Assembly: GCA_002269645.1 (NCBI GenBank)
Contig: NIVC01002492.1
Location: forward strand, 62,001-126,000
Length of the DNA: 64,000 nucleotides
Origin: Macrostomum lignano
Taxonomy: Eukaryota
Direction: 5' to 3'
Part shown: positions 51,727 through 61,957 of the stretch, piece by piece
Position numbering within the stretch: position 1 is the first letter of the stretch
Layout of the letters: the number at the start of each line of letters is the position of its first letter
Program-made: the position numbers and the translations under genes
Notes under the pieces: model-generated
The model's database searches: none
The model's input: the letters and a program-made list of their open reading frames with translations, nothing else
What the model was told of the DNA's origin: nothing

Positions 51727-54700
51727 TTAGTTCACGTTCACCTTTGCCGCCTGGGGATGTGGCCGCAACGCAATGGGCGAGGCCGCTCGCTCGCCTGCGG
51801 CTGGCTGCGGCGGATGCGCATTCACTTCCGGTTGCGGCATCGCTGGCAGCTCGCCCGGATTGTCAGGCTCGGACTCCGGTGCCACTCGCTTTAGGTCGGT
51901 GCAGTGCCGCCTGCAAACTCTGGCACCCTGTCGTATCGTCGCCGAGTCCGCCTTGATCTCCTCGATGAGCCAGGGGTCCCACTCGAACGGCGTGTCTCCC
52001 TTGAGCGGATTCAGTCGCCGCCGCAGCACTGTGTCGCCAACCTTGAGCTTGTGCGGTCTCGCCAGTCGCTTCCGGTCTGTGTAGAGCTTGCCTTGCGCCT
52101 TTCGAAGTGCGTCGCGCTGCCGAAGCTGCCGGTCTGCGATGGCCACCTGTCTCGACGGTCTGACCGACGGGATGGAGTCGTTCAGCACGCGACCCATGAG
52201 GAGCTCGGCAGGCGCCCGTCCAGTTGTTCGCTGAGGCGTGCACCGATAGGCCAGCAGCCACTCGTCAAGGGCCGCTCTCCAGTCGCGCTTCTGTGCGATC
52301 GCAGCGCGCACCACCTTGTTGATGGAACGATTCAAACGCTCGGTGGCGCCGTTGGCCTGTGGATGTAACGGTATGATGAGGCGCTGCCGAATTCCGTAGC
52401 TGTCCAGGAAGCTCTTGAACTGGGCTGAAGAGAACGGTGGGCCGTTGTCAGTAACTAATGTTTGAGGGATTCCAAACCGGACGAATGAACTTCTCAGTCG
52501 AGGGATTAGCGCCTCAGCCGTCGTGGTCTGGACAACCTCCACCTCGGGAAATCGGGAGTATTGATCGACGCAGACTAGCAGCATGCTGCCTTGAATGGGT
52601 CCTAGCAGATCCGCCCCGAGCGTCAGCCAGGCCGCCTTCGGGATGGGCGTTGGCTTTAGCGGTGATGCAGTCACGTCAGCGGCATGCGAGGTCGCCAGGC
52701 AGGCCCGGCACGTGGCTATGAAGCGCTCCGTCTCCAGTTGCATCCTTGGCCACCAGACCTTGGTGTTCAGCCGGTCCAGCGTCTTACGTGTGCACTGGTG
52801 CCCCCGGTGCGCTAGATCCAGTACAAGCCGTCGGAGCGCCACCTGGACGATGATCCGCTGGCCCCGTAGGAGCACCCCGTCCACTGCCGACAGTTCGTGA
52901 CGCAGCGCATGCAGCGACCGCAGTTCTGCTGACTCCAGGCTCCACCGCCCTGTCTCTAAGGCGCGAATCGCCGCTTGAATTGTTGCGTCCTTTTGCGAGC
53001 TCTTCTGTACGCTGGTCAGTGACAGCGCATTTGGTACGGCCGCCTGTACAACAGCGGCGATGGAAAGTGCATCCAGCTCTTCGCCCACATTCGGTGCGGG
53101 TGTCGGCAGTGGCTGTCGGCTGAGCACGTCTGCCGGGTTGAGCGGGCCCGGCTGGTACTCGACTGTGAATTTCATATGCTGAATGCGCAATGCCATCCTT
53201 TCGATTCTCGGAGGGGGTCTCGAACTGCTGCCGAACAGAGCAACCAGTGGCTTGTGGTCGGTTTGCACCGTGAACATCGGCGCGCCGTGGAGGTAGAATT
53301 GAAACTTTAAACAGCCGAACTTCACGGCCAACGCCTCTTTCTCTGTTTGGGAATAGCGTTGCTCAACGTCCGACAGTGTCCGGCTAGCGTATGCGATGGG
53401 CCGCCTGGTTCCGTCCGATTGTGTCTGTGAAAGGATTGCACCCAGCCCCGCTGGCCCAGCGTCGACAATGAGTTGCGTCGGAAGGCGATGGTTGAAAAAG
53501 GCAAGAGAGCCACTGGACGCGATTTGAGACTTGATGTCGCTGAAGGCTTGTCTTTCCAGATCGGCCCATGCCCAGGGCTGGCCCTTCCTTGTCAGGTTGC
53601 GCAGCGGCTTTGCCAGGTCCGCCAGCCTCGGGGTGAATGCGGCCAGGTAGTTGACAAGTCCCAAGAACGAGCGCACCTCCGTGACATTCGTTGGCTCTGC
53701 AAATGCATTAACTGCCTCTAGCTTTGACTCGGTTGGCCTGACTCCGTCCTTCGACAGTCGCATCCCCATGAAGGTGACTTGCGTTCGCGCCAGCTTGCAC
53801 TTGGCCGGGTTGAGCGTCAGTCCGTGCTGCGCCAGCCGCTGGAGGCACTCCCGCAGATTGTTGTGATGCTCCGCCACGCTGTGGCCATAGACAATAATGT
53901 CATCGTGGATCCATTTTACTTTTGAAAGTCCAGCCAGCACGGATGACATAACAGCTTGAAGAATTTCCTGCGCCGTTGATAGCCCCATGCAGAGTCTCGT
54001 CAGCCGCCGAAGACCTCGAGGCGTTGAAAAAGTTAGAAGATGCCGGCACTCCTCTGACACAGGGATTTGATAGAATGCTTTTGCGACGTCCAACTCTGAG
54101 AACAGCGTCGCTCCTGCCATGTCGCCTGTTACCTCCTCAAAGGTCGGTATTGGGTGTCGCTCCCTGACGACAGACTTGTTTAGCTCCCTCAGATCCTGAG
54201 TGATCCTGATCTCGCCAGGAGCTTCTTTGGGGACGACGACGATACGAGAAACCCACGGGCAGGGTCCCTCCACTGGCTCAATGATGCCTTGTTCTTCTAG
54301 GTACTGGAGCTCGGCGTCCACTGCTGGGGCGAGGTGAATTGGCACTCTTGATGGTGGATGGCACACTGGTCTTGCGCCCTCTTCCAGGAAGATGCGGGCT
54401 GCGTAGTTCTTAAGACAGCCGATTCCGTCGAAGGCCTGTGCATTTTCCTTGAGGATTTCGTCTAAAGATGGAGCACCTGGGGACTGCCGAAGGTCTTTTG
54501 GAACGCCGGCTAGCAGCCTGTCAGTCGGACACTCCGAGCGTAGCTCACACGCTGCCTTGTCTTCCGGGCCGACTCGCAGAACTCCTAGGTCTTCCGCGCT
54601 CCTGCGGCCTATTATGCAAGCACCCTTTCCGTCCAGCACCAGGAACGGAAGCGTCTCCTGGCAACCGAAAACGCTGACCTGTAGGTCGGTCTTGCCGAGC

Positions 54701-55743
54701 AGCTTCAGTGGCTGTTGGCTTCCATAGGGATAGACCCGATCACTGGCTGCTTGGAGCCTGGCCTTCTGTGGCATCCTTTCGAAGGCCTCCCTGTCGATGA
54801 TATTGCAGGCCGCTCCACTGTCGATAAGCAGGGTTGTCTTGAATCCGTTGACAGTTGCTTGAGTCGATGCTGATCCGCTATTTCGGAGGCTGAAAAGCTC
54901 GTGCTCAGTGGAGTTGTCCTGCAGATATTCGACTTGCCCGTAGGAGCGATCGTCCGGTTCGTTGACAGCTCTCACGGGTATTCTGGACGTTCCCCGACAT
55001 GCCCGGGCGAAATGGCCAATCTTACCGCAGCGTCGACATGCCTTGTCTCTAGCAGCCTCGCACGTTCGATGACCCGGCCGTCCGCAGCGCTCGCAGCTGA
55101 TGCCACCGTCCTTCATTGCAGGATCCCTTCTGAATGGCTGCGACGGTCGTGCTCGGGGTGGGCCTAGCGCTGCCTCGTTCGCGGTCGTCATGGCGCCGGT
55201 AACACCTGAGCTGTTTTGTTCCATGGCCTGTGCCTGTTGCGCCGCAGCTTCCCTTGCTCGGATTCGCTTCAGTACGTCAGCTAGAGAGATATATTGTTCA
55301 GCTGCAGGAGCTCCCTTCTGATCTTCTCCGATCGGTAGTGGGCGACCACCTTGTCCCTGATGAGAGAGTCCCGTAGTTCTCCGAATTCGCATTGATCCGC
55401 GGCCTTGCGCAGCCGATGGTACCACGCATCGATAGACTCCCCTCCTCCTGTCTGCAGGTCTCGAACTGGTACCGGAAGAAGACGACGCTGTTTTTCTGGT
55501 CGAAGATCTCTTGTAGCTTTTGGATGAGCTCGTTTGTAGATTGTTGTCTTCCATAAAGTCTTCCAACTTCTCTCCCGCTGTGTAGACCAGCAACTCCAGC
55601 TGTTGTGTCGCATCTGTGATGCCAGCAGCGCGAATGTAGCTATTGAACCTCCGTGCCCAAGTCTTCCATCTCTGGGCTCGTGTGAGTGGATCGCTATCGA
55701 TATCAAATGCATCTGGTGCAGTGAGTTGCAAAGCTTGGGCCAT
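51727..55743 (-). CDS. Gag-Pol polyprotein (Gag, twin zinc knuckle, protease, RT, RNase H, integrase); the Gag core carries three compensating frameshifts
   Basis: CRRCGKIGHFARAC knuckle, LIDSGA protease, WIHDD RT, IVDAGPAGLG RNase H, HRGH/CRAC zinc finger, and ADLLGP, TDNGPPF, NGATER integrase D,D,E. The likely start is MAQALQ at 55743. Confidence 0.93.
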   Translation of the reverse strand: MAQALQLTAPDAFDIDSDPLTRAQRWKTWARRFNSYIRAAGITDATQQLELLVYTAGEKLEDFMEDNNLQTSSSKSYKRSSTRKTASSSSGTSSRPADRRRGVYRCVVPSAAQGRGSMRIRRTTGLSHQGQGGRPLPIGEDQKGAPAAEQYISLADVLKRIRAREAAAQQAQAMEQNSSGVTGAMTTANEAALGPPRARPSQPFRRDPAMKDGGISCERCGRPGHRTCEAARDKACRRCGKIGHFARACRGTSRIPVRAVNEPDDRSYGQVEYLQDNSTEHELFSLRNSGSASTQATVNGFKTTLLIDSGAACNIIDREAFERMPQKARLQAASDRVYPYGSQQPLKLLGKTDLQVSVFGCQETLPFLVLDGKGACIIGRRSAEDLGVLRVGPEDKAACELRSECPTDRLLAGVPKDLRQSPGAPSLDEILKENAQAFDGIGCLKNYAARIFLEEGARPVCHPPSRVPIHLAPAVDAELQYLEEQGIIEPVEGPCPWVSRIVVVPKEAPGEIRITQDLRELNKSVVRERHPIPTFEEVTGDMAGATLFSELDVAKAFYQIPVSEECRHLLTFSTPRGLRRLTRLCMGLSTAQEILQAVMSSVLAGLSKVKWIHDDIIVYGHSVAEHHNNLRECLQRLAQHGLTLNPAKCKLARTQVTFMGMRLSKDGVRPTESKLEAVNAFAEPTNVTEVRSFLGLVNYLAAFTPRLADLAKPLRNLTRKGQPWAWADLERQAFSDIKSQIASSGSLAFFNHRLPTQLIVDAGPAGLGAILSQTQSDGTRRPIAYASRTLSDVEQRYSQTEKEALAVKFGCLKFQFYLHGAPMFTVQTDHKPLVALFGSSSRPPPRIERMALRIQHMKFTVEYQPGPLNPADVLSRQPLPTPAPNVGEELDALSIAAVVQAAVPNALSLTSVQKSSQKDATIQAAIRALETGRWSLESAELRSLHALRHELSAVDGVLLRGQRIIVQVALRRLVLDLAHRGHQCTRKTLDRLNTKVWWPRMQLETERFIATCRACLATSHAADVTASPLKPTPIPKAAWLTLGADLLGPIQGSMLLVCVDQYSRFPEVEVVQTTTAEALIPRLRSSFVRFGIPQTLVTDNGPPFSSAQFKSFLDSYGIRQRLIIPLHPQANGATERLNRSINKVVRAAIAQKRDWRAALDEWLLAYRCTPQRTTGRAPAELLMGRVLNDSIPSVRPSRQVAIADRQLRQRDALRKAQGKLYTDRKRLARPHKLKVGDTVLRRRLNPLKGDTPFEWDPWLIEEIKADSATIRQGARVCRRHCTDLKRVAPESEPDNPGELPAMPQPEVNAHPPQPAAGERAASPIALRPHPQAAKVNVN

Positions 55744-55810
55744 GTTTGTGTGGCTGGAACCGCGCTGGGTTAGAGAGTGATGATCAGTCAATAGTTTGCT
55801 TGCGACGCCA

Positions 55811-55984
55811 TGTAGTGACTCATATAAATATTGCAGGGCAAGTCGGCCCATTTCTAAGATTCTTCGTGCACTCGCAAACCCTCCGATTTTGTCTATGCGA
55901 AGAGTAAGTGCGTGTGAGTCTTACGTAATACATTGCAACACGTGACTAATAACAATATTGTACATCGCACTGAACTACACTACA
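55811..55984 (-). repeat. 5' LTR (174 bp)
   Basis: TG...CA ends, adjacent to the PBS. Segment 55823-55893 is inverted relative to the 3' LTR. Confidence 0.95.
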
Positions 55985-56297
55985 GTTGGCAGGTAAGTGC
56001 AAAGCCCCTTCTAGTCGGAAGCCCGATTTCGAGAGTCCCGGTGTGGTGAGCCAGGACGTACGGGCTGGTGGCAGCGAGTTAAGCTAATCTGCGGATTAAC
56101 TAATTTCTACCTTCAAAATTCTCCCTGCTTGTCTCTCGCTGTCCCTCTCTTAGCTATAGGACCTAGACTGCTCGCCACACGATCAAGCCATGGGGCTGAC
56201 CATCTGACAGGAGGGCCAGGACTCTAATTTATTTATTTCTGAGACCTGAGGCCCGAAGGCTTCCCCACAAGGGGGCCGAAAGGTCGAAACCCATCAG

Positions 56298-57502
56298 AGA
56301 AATGAAGGCCAATACCAACATATAAATAAATTATTATTATAGCCAACGCGTTTCGACACAAGCGATCATCTTCAGGACTTGCACTCATGATTCACGATTC
56401 CGTATATTTAAATAAATAAAGAAAATCAAAAACTGTATAAGGCAATAGACGATTGGGTTCAGTCCAGTCGATAATTGTACATTAAGAGACGAAAATAAAT
56501 TAAATTATTAGGCCATCAAAAAAAAAATAAAAAAGCACAGAGCAAACAATATTGGCGAGGAGAGAGCCGCAAACCCACACCAAGCCTAGGAAACTTTGAG
56601 TTGTAAACTGGCTCCTCCACCTGCAAGCTGAGTATTCAAACTAGGTCTATGATGCTTAATGTGCAAGGCTTCCAGCACTCTGAGTTTGCCATCAAATCTA
56701 CATCTATCCAAAACAGTGAAAAGCTCAGTCGGCTCATGCTCACAACAAGCATTGCAACTAAGCATAAGTGATCATGCACAGCAGAGTTATTCATTCTATG
56801 CTCCCTAGCCCTAGTATACAGGTGCCTTTTGGTTTTTCCTATGTAGGAAATGCTCTGATCACCAGAGCAACAAAATTCATAAATGACACCAGCAGACAGA
56901 GCTCTAGGGGCCTTCGACTTCAACCTGCTAACAAACTGGCCGATTTTGGCGGTCTGAAACACAACCATGACCCGAGAGTTGAAATACTTCAAGAAGGTTC
57001 TTTTAAGCTTCTTTTCCAGACTCAGGGACGGGACACCAAGGAATGGGAGTTTGATCGGCACATCACTGGAATTTGACCTCTTAGCTTCGACAGTCAAACT
57101 AGACTCAGTCATTTTCTTAGTCAGAAATCTGTTCAGCACTTTACCAATAAAATCCCTAGGGAAACCATTACGTTGAAAAATGTCAGTGAGCTTGACCACT
57201 TCTTGGTGGAAAGACTGCCAGGTGCTACAGATACTGAACGCTCTGTGCATCATGCAACAAGCAAGACCAGCCTTCCATTGGCGCGGGCACAACGCATTAA
57301 AGTTGAGCATGAGACCAGTAAACGTGGGTTTGCGGTACACCTTAGTGCTAACACTGTCCAGACTCAACTCAACCTCAATGTCAAGAAAGGGCAACTTCTT
57401 ATCACTCCCTTCCACGGTGAACCGAGTCATCACTATCAAGAATGGCAACTCCGTAACCCTTGTCATAGCCAACAACCTTAATCTCTTTATTAGCCCTCAA
57501 TT
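56298..57502 (-). mobile_element. Penelope-like element, inverted and internally deleted copy
   Basis: 56298-57425 is the near-identical reverse complement of 58839-59965. The segment at about 57426-57502 matches about 57980-58057, so about 780 bp of RT are missing. Confidence 0.93.
56341..56379 (-). ncRNA. Second copy of the minimal hammerhead motif
   Basis: Exact reverse complement of 59884-59922. Confidence 0.7.
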
Positions 57503-59965
57503 GTTTCAAAGTTGAAACAAAGTTAAAGAATGAACTTCGATCGAAGATCGGCACCATAACTTACACCGCCCTGACCCATTCGGTCACGAAACTATCTCGG
57601 GAGCAGGCAACTCGTGACAAGGAACGACTCGAGGCCAAGCTCAACACTCTGTGGCTGAAAAAACAGGCGAGATGTCAGGTACCGACTGCCATTACGAACC
57701 TATAACGACATCAACTGTCTCCAAGGGAACGCAATTGTCTGCAGCTTGGGTTTCGACACCCTGTCGCACCGGCCGGAATCAAGAAATTTCACATCATGAC
57801 TGAGATTGAGAGTGCTGTGAGTAAATGTCTGAGATCTTCTGAAACCGTGAGCTGTGAAATGCGCCACCTGCAAGATAGCTGTAGGAATAAACTTGTCGCT
57901 GACTCTGATCAATTCTTTGCACAGACTCACACTATTGTAAATAGCAAGAAGAACAGGTTGATTCATGAAACTTAGAAATAATTGAGGGCTAATAAAGAGA
58001 TTAAGGTTGTTGGCTATCACAAGGGTTACGGAGTTGCCATTCTTGATAGTGATGACTACCATAGAAAGTTAAATGACATCGTTAGTGATCAATCCAAGTT
58101 TCGTTGCTTAGATCCTAACGACGAGGTGACGATGATGCACCCTGTGCTAAAGGCTGAACACAGTATCCAAAACTACATCAGAACTCAGGTGAAGAGATAT
58201 GTGAACGATGAAACGTATAAACGTATATTGCCCAGTGGTAGCCATCCTGGCCAGTTGTATGGCCTGTGCAAAGTCCACAAAGAGGACAAGCCCCTGCGTC
58301 CCATCCTGTCTATGATTAATACTGCTGAGTATGAGTTGGCCAGGTTTTTAGACTCATCTATCATCAAGCCAAAAATTCCCCAAAAGTTTAGTGTCAATTC
58401 TAACCATCAGTTCATTGAAGCTCTTAAATCTGTGAGGCCGGACGGTAATGACAGTGTGTTCAGCTTTGATGTCATTTCGTTATATTCATGAATATTCCTC
58501 TCAAGCTTGCTTTAGATCTTGCCACTGACCTTGTCTTTGCTGAGTCTCCTCCTGAAATGCCTAAAGCGGTGTTTAGGAAGCTGCTGACTTTAGCTACTTC
58601 GGGTATCTTTCTCTTTCAAGACAAATACTATCGCCAAGTTGACGGGTGTGCTATGGGTAGCCCGCTTGCTCCCACGCTGGCTAACATCTGCATGGCTCAC
58701 TGGGAGAAGCAGTGGATGTTTCTTCCCTGTGCTCCGACCTTCTATAGGAGGTATGTTGATGATACCTTTGCAATCTTCGATGAGGCTAGTAAGCAAATTC
58801 AATTTCTCCAAGCGCTTAACTCTACTCACCCAAACATTCGGTTCACCGTGGAAGGGGGTGATAAGAAGTTGCCCTTTCTTGACATTGAGGTTGAGTTGAG
58901 TCTGGACAGTGTTAGCACTAAGGTGTACCGCAAACCCACGTTTACTGGTCTCATGCTCAACTTTAATGCGTTGTGCCCGCGCCAATGGAAGGCTGGTCTT
59001 GTTTGTTGCATGATGCACAGAGCGTTCAGTATCTGTAGCACCTGGCAATCTTTCCACCAAGAAGTGGTCAAGCTCACTGACATTTTTCAACGTAATGGTT
59101 TCCCTAGGGATTTTGTTGGTAAAGTGCTGAACAGATTTCTGACTAAGAAAATGACTGAGTCTAGTTTGACTGTCGAAGCTAAGAGGTCAAATTCCAGTGA
59201 TGTGCCGATCAAACTCCCATTCCTTGGTGTCCCGTCCCTGAGTCTGGAAAAGAAGCTTAAAAGAACCTTCTTGAAGTATTTCAACTCTCGGGTCATGGTT
59301 GTGTTTCAGACCGCCAAAATCGGCCAGTTTGTTAGCAGGTTGAAGTCGAAGGCCCCTAGAGCTCTGTCTGCTGGTGTCATTTATGAATTTTGTTGCTCTG
59401 GTGATCAGAGCATTTCCTACATAGGAAAAACCAAAAGGCACCTGTATACTAGGGCTAGGGAGCATAGAATGAATAACTCTGCTGTGCATGATCACTTATG
59501 CTTAGTTGCAATGCTTGTTGTGAGCATGAGCCGACTGAGCTTTTCACTGTTTTGGATAGATGTAGATTTGATGGCAAACTCAGAGTGCTGGAAGCCTTGC
59601 ACATTAAGCATCATAGACCTAGTTTGAATACTCAGCTTGCAGGTGGAGGAGCCAGTTTACAACTCAAAGTTTCCTAGGCTTGGTGTGGGTTTGCGGCTCT
59701 CTCCTCGCCAATATTGTTTGCTCTGTGCTTTTTTATTTTTTTTTTGATGGCCTAATAATTTAATTTATTTTCGTCTCTTAATGTACAATTATCGACTGGA
59801 CTGAACCCAATCGTCTATTGCCTTATACAGTTTTTGATTTTCTTTATTTATTTAAATATACGGAATCGTGAATCATGAGTGCAAGTCCTGAAGATGATCG
59901 CTTGTGTCGAAACGCGTTGGCTATAATAATAATTTATTTATATGTTGGTATTGGCCTTCATTTCT
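57503..59965 (+). mobile_element. Penelope-like element (RT plus GIY-YIG endonuclease), 5'-truncated, with frameshifts and stops
   Basis: HKGYGVAILD, GLCKVHK...LRPILS, SFDVISL, QVDGCAMGSPLAP, YRRYVDD, LPFLD and KVYRKPT RT motifs. GVIYEF...YIGKTKR..RAREH GIY-YIG. The shifted C-terminus reads LEALHIKHHRPSLN. Confidence 0.95.
59884..59922 (+). ncRNA. Minimal type I hammerhead ribozyme motif in the Penelope 3' region
   Basis: Stem I agtc/ggct, core ctgaaga, short stem II (ga..tc), gaaa, palindromic acgcgt stem III, and a GUU cleavage triplet. This matches the minimal HHR layout known from Penelope-like elements. Confidence 0.7.
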
Positions 59966-60938
59966 ATACATGTATTTATAGCAGATATTCCACCCAACTG
60001 GGACTTGAAGCACAAAAAATTTACAGTTTTTTGCTGATCGTGTTAGTGAACTGTGTCAAAAATATGCAAATACGTGCTCGTATTGTCAAATACCCAATAG
60101 CTCTGCAATGGCCGCTTTAGTCAGCCAGGATTTAGAATTTACTGCAGATGCAATCACTAAATCAATATTTCTATGCACGGCACACGTGCTAAATGATTTT
60201 ATAGAAGTAGTGAACCAGAAATCTGTATTTATGTAGGTTAAATAAAAAATGTAATGCATTCGCTGTATCTCAAGTAGCTCCTAAGCTCGTACGAGTATGC
60301 CGCAAGCTGAGTAGGCAAAGCTCTGTTCACGACAGGGAAACTGTTTTGAGTAGAGGCTAGCTCTTTCGCAGCTCGTAGGCCAAAGCCTTCTATAATCATG
60401 AATACGTTTTCCGGCCTCGTGCCTTGCTTTTTGTTTATTGTATCTTCACGAAGTAATACACATCTACCTTACGAGCTAATTAGATGGAGAAGAGCAATAT
60501 TTGCGCTGCAGAAAAACACTATGATATTACAGCCTCTGTATAAAGTGTAGCCATAACACAAAGAAGTATATTTATATAATTCCTTTGCACAATCGTAAGT
60601 TTATTATGCATAACTACTTGCAGCTAAGAACATTGCAGAAATTTAAACTTGAGTGGCACCTTTCAAAATGCGGGTGCTAAAATCGCTGGTAAAATAAACA
60701 GGATACGATACACTGTTAGTTAGTTGATTATCGTTAGTAATTTAGCAGGAGGGCACTGCCGTAATCAAGGCGACAGACGGATACGTACGCAGGCACCTGC
60801 TCCCACAAGGTGTACTGCGGTTAAGACTTTCGCATCGTCGTCAGACATGCATTAAAACCTCGGTAACTACATGTAGCCACCGAGGTACATAACTACATGT
60901 ATTTAAAGACTTAGCAAATGCACGCTGTTTGCAGCCTA

Positions 60939-61234
60939 GGGGGTTGCAGCCTAGTGGTTAGTCCGTCGGACTCATGACTGAAAGGTCGAGGGTTCGATTC
61001 TCGACTCACTCGGAGCAATTTGTGTCCTTAAGCAAGACACTTACTCTGCATTGCTTCAGTTCACTCAGCTGTAAAATGGGTGCCAGTATTAGCTGGGGTA
61101 ACTGAGGGTGTGTGTGGCGACCCCCAGTCCTATGGACTGAACAGCCTTACGCAGCCTTCAGATGCGCAGCGCGATAGCTGCAGCTGAGCTGCCGGTTGCA
61201 CATCTGCCTATTAGGACAGGTTTAATTATTATTA
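60939..61234 (+). mobile_element. tRNA-derived SINE with a CORE/Meta-like central domain
   Basis: A box gcagcctagtggttag, B box gggttcgattctc, central tgtgtccttaagcaagacactta...ctcagctgtaaaatggg, and an (att)n tail. Confidence 0.8.
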
Positions 61235-61957
61235 CACCTAAATATTATTGTACTGTACATATTATATTGTATTGTAATTATTGTACATAATTATTGTTAT
61301 ACACTGTACAACTAGTCGTCCCAGGCGCTGTTGACCTCATTTCATGACAAGCCCAAGTCAGTTTTATTGTACCAACCCCAAATGAATGTGGCCGAATCGA
61401 ACCCAGGTAGTACATTGATACGAGAGATAGATTCTTCTTTTCTTCTTTTCAACTCAGTCATGAGGGCCGTGCTCCCAATGGTGCTTCGTGCGTACAAGCA
61501 CGGCAGTTGACGGCCCGGCGGTGCTGACGAAAGCGTACAAGCATATGGTCGAGCTGTGCCACCTACTCATTGCGTTTCTTCTGTCTTGAGCTTCTTGAGC
61601 CTGCATGATGAAAGCGGGTGATGGCCAACACCATTTTCTGTCGCTCCAGGACGTAGCATGACGCTGGCTCTGCGGCCCGATCATTGACTACTCGTTTGCG
61701 ACCTTCGTCTTCGGTTACTGTAGCGAAGAGTTTCGGCCTTGGTGGTCAACACGCAGGAAACCGTTGTGCTCTTCTTTCTGGACGTCAGAATTGTGGCGCT
61801 AACGGACAGGCGACGGAACTTCCGCAATGGCAGCAGTTTTTCTGCATCTTGTTTTGGTCTGATTCTGCAAAGACCTGCAGCGTCGCTGCGGGTTTTTCCG
61901 GGCTGCCTTTTGTTCTATGAGGGCAGGCCTGTAGACTCTATCTGAGACGCAGACATG

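Larger units (their letters stand above)
51384..55984 (-). mobile_element. Full-length Ty3/gypsy LTR retrotransposon (Mag-like), 4601 bp
   Basis: LTRs at 55811-55984 (5') and 51384-51571 (3'), both TGTAGTG...CACTACA. 5-bp TSD gttgg on both sides. A TGG-initiated PBS (tggcgtcgcaag) follows the 5' LTR and a polypurine tract (gaggagaga) precedes the 3' LTR. Confidence 0.97.

Noticed and set aside
61525-61615. ctgacga hammerhead-like core
   Set aside because: There is no properly spaced stem II plus GAAA, and no stems I or III.
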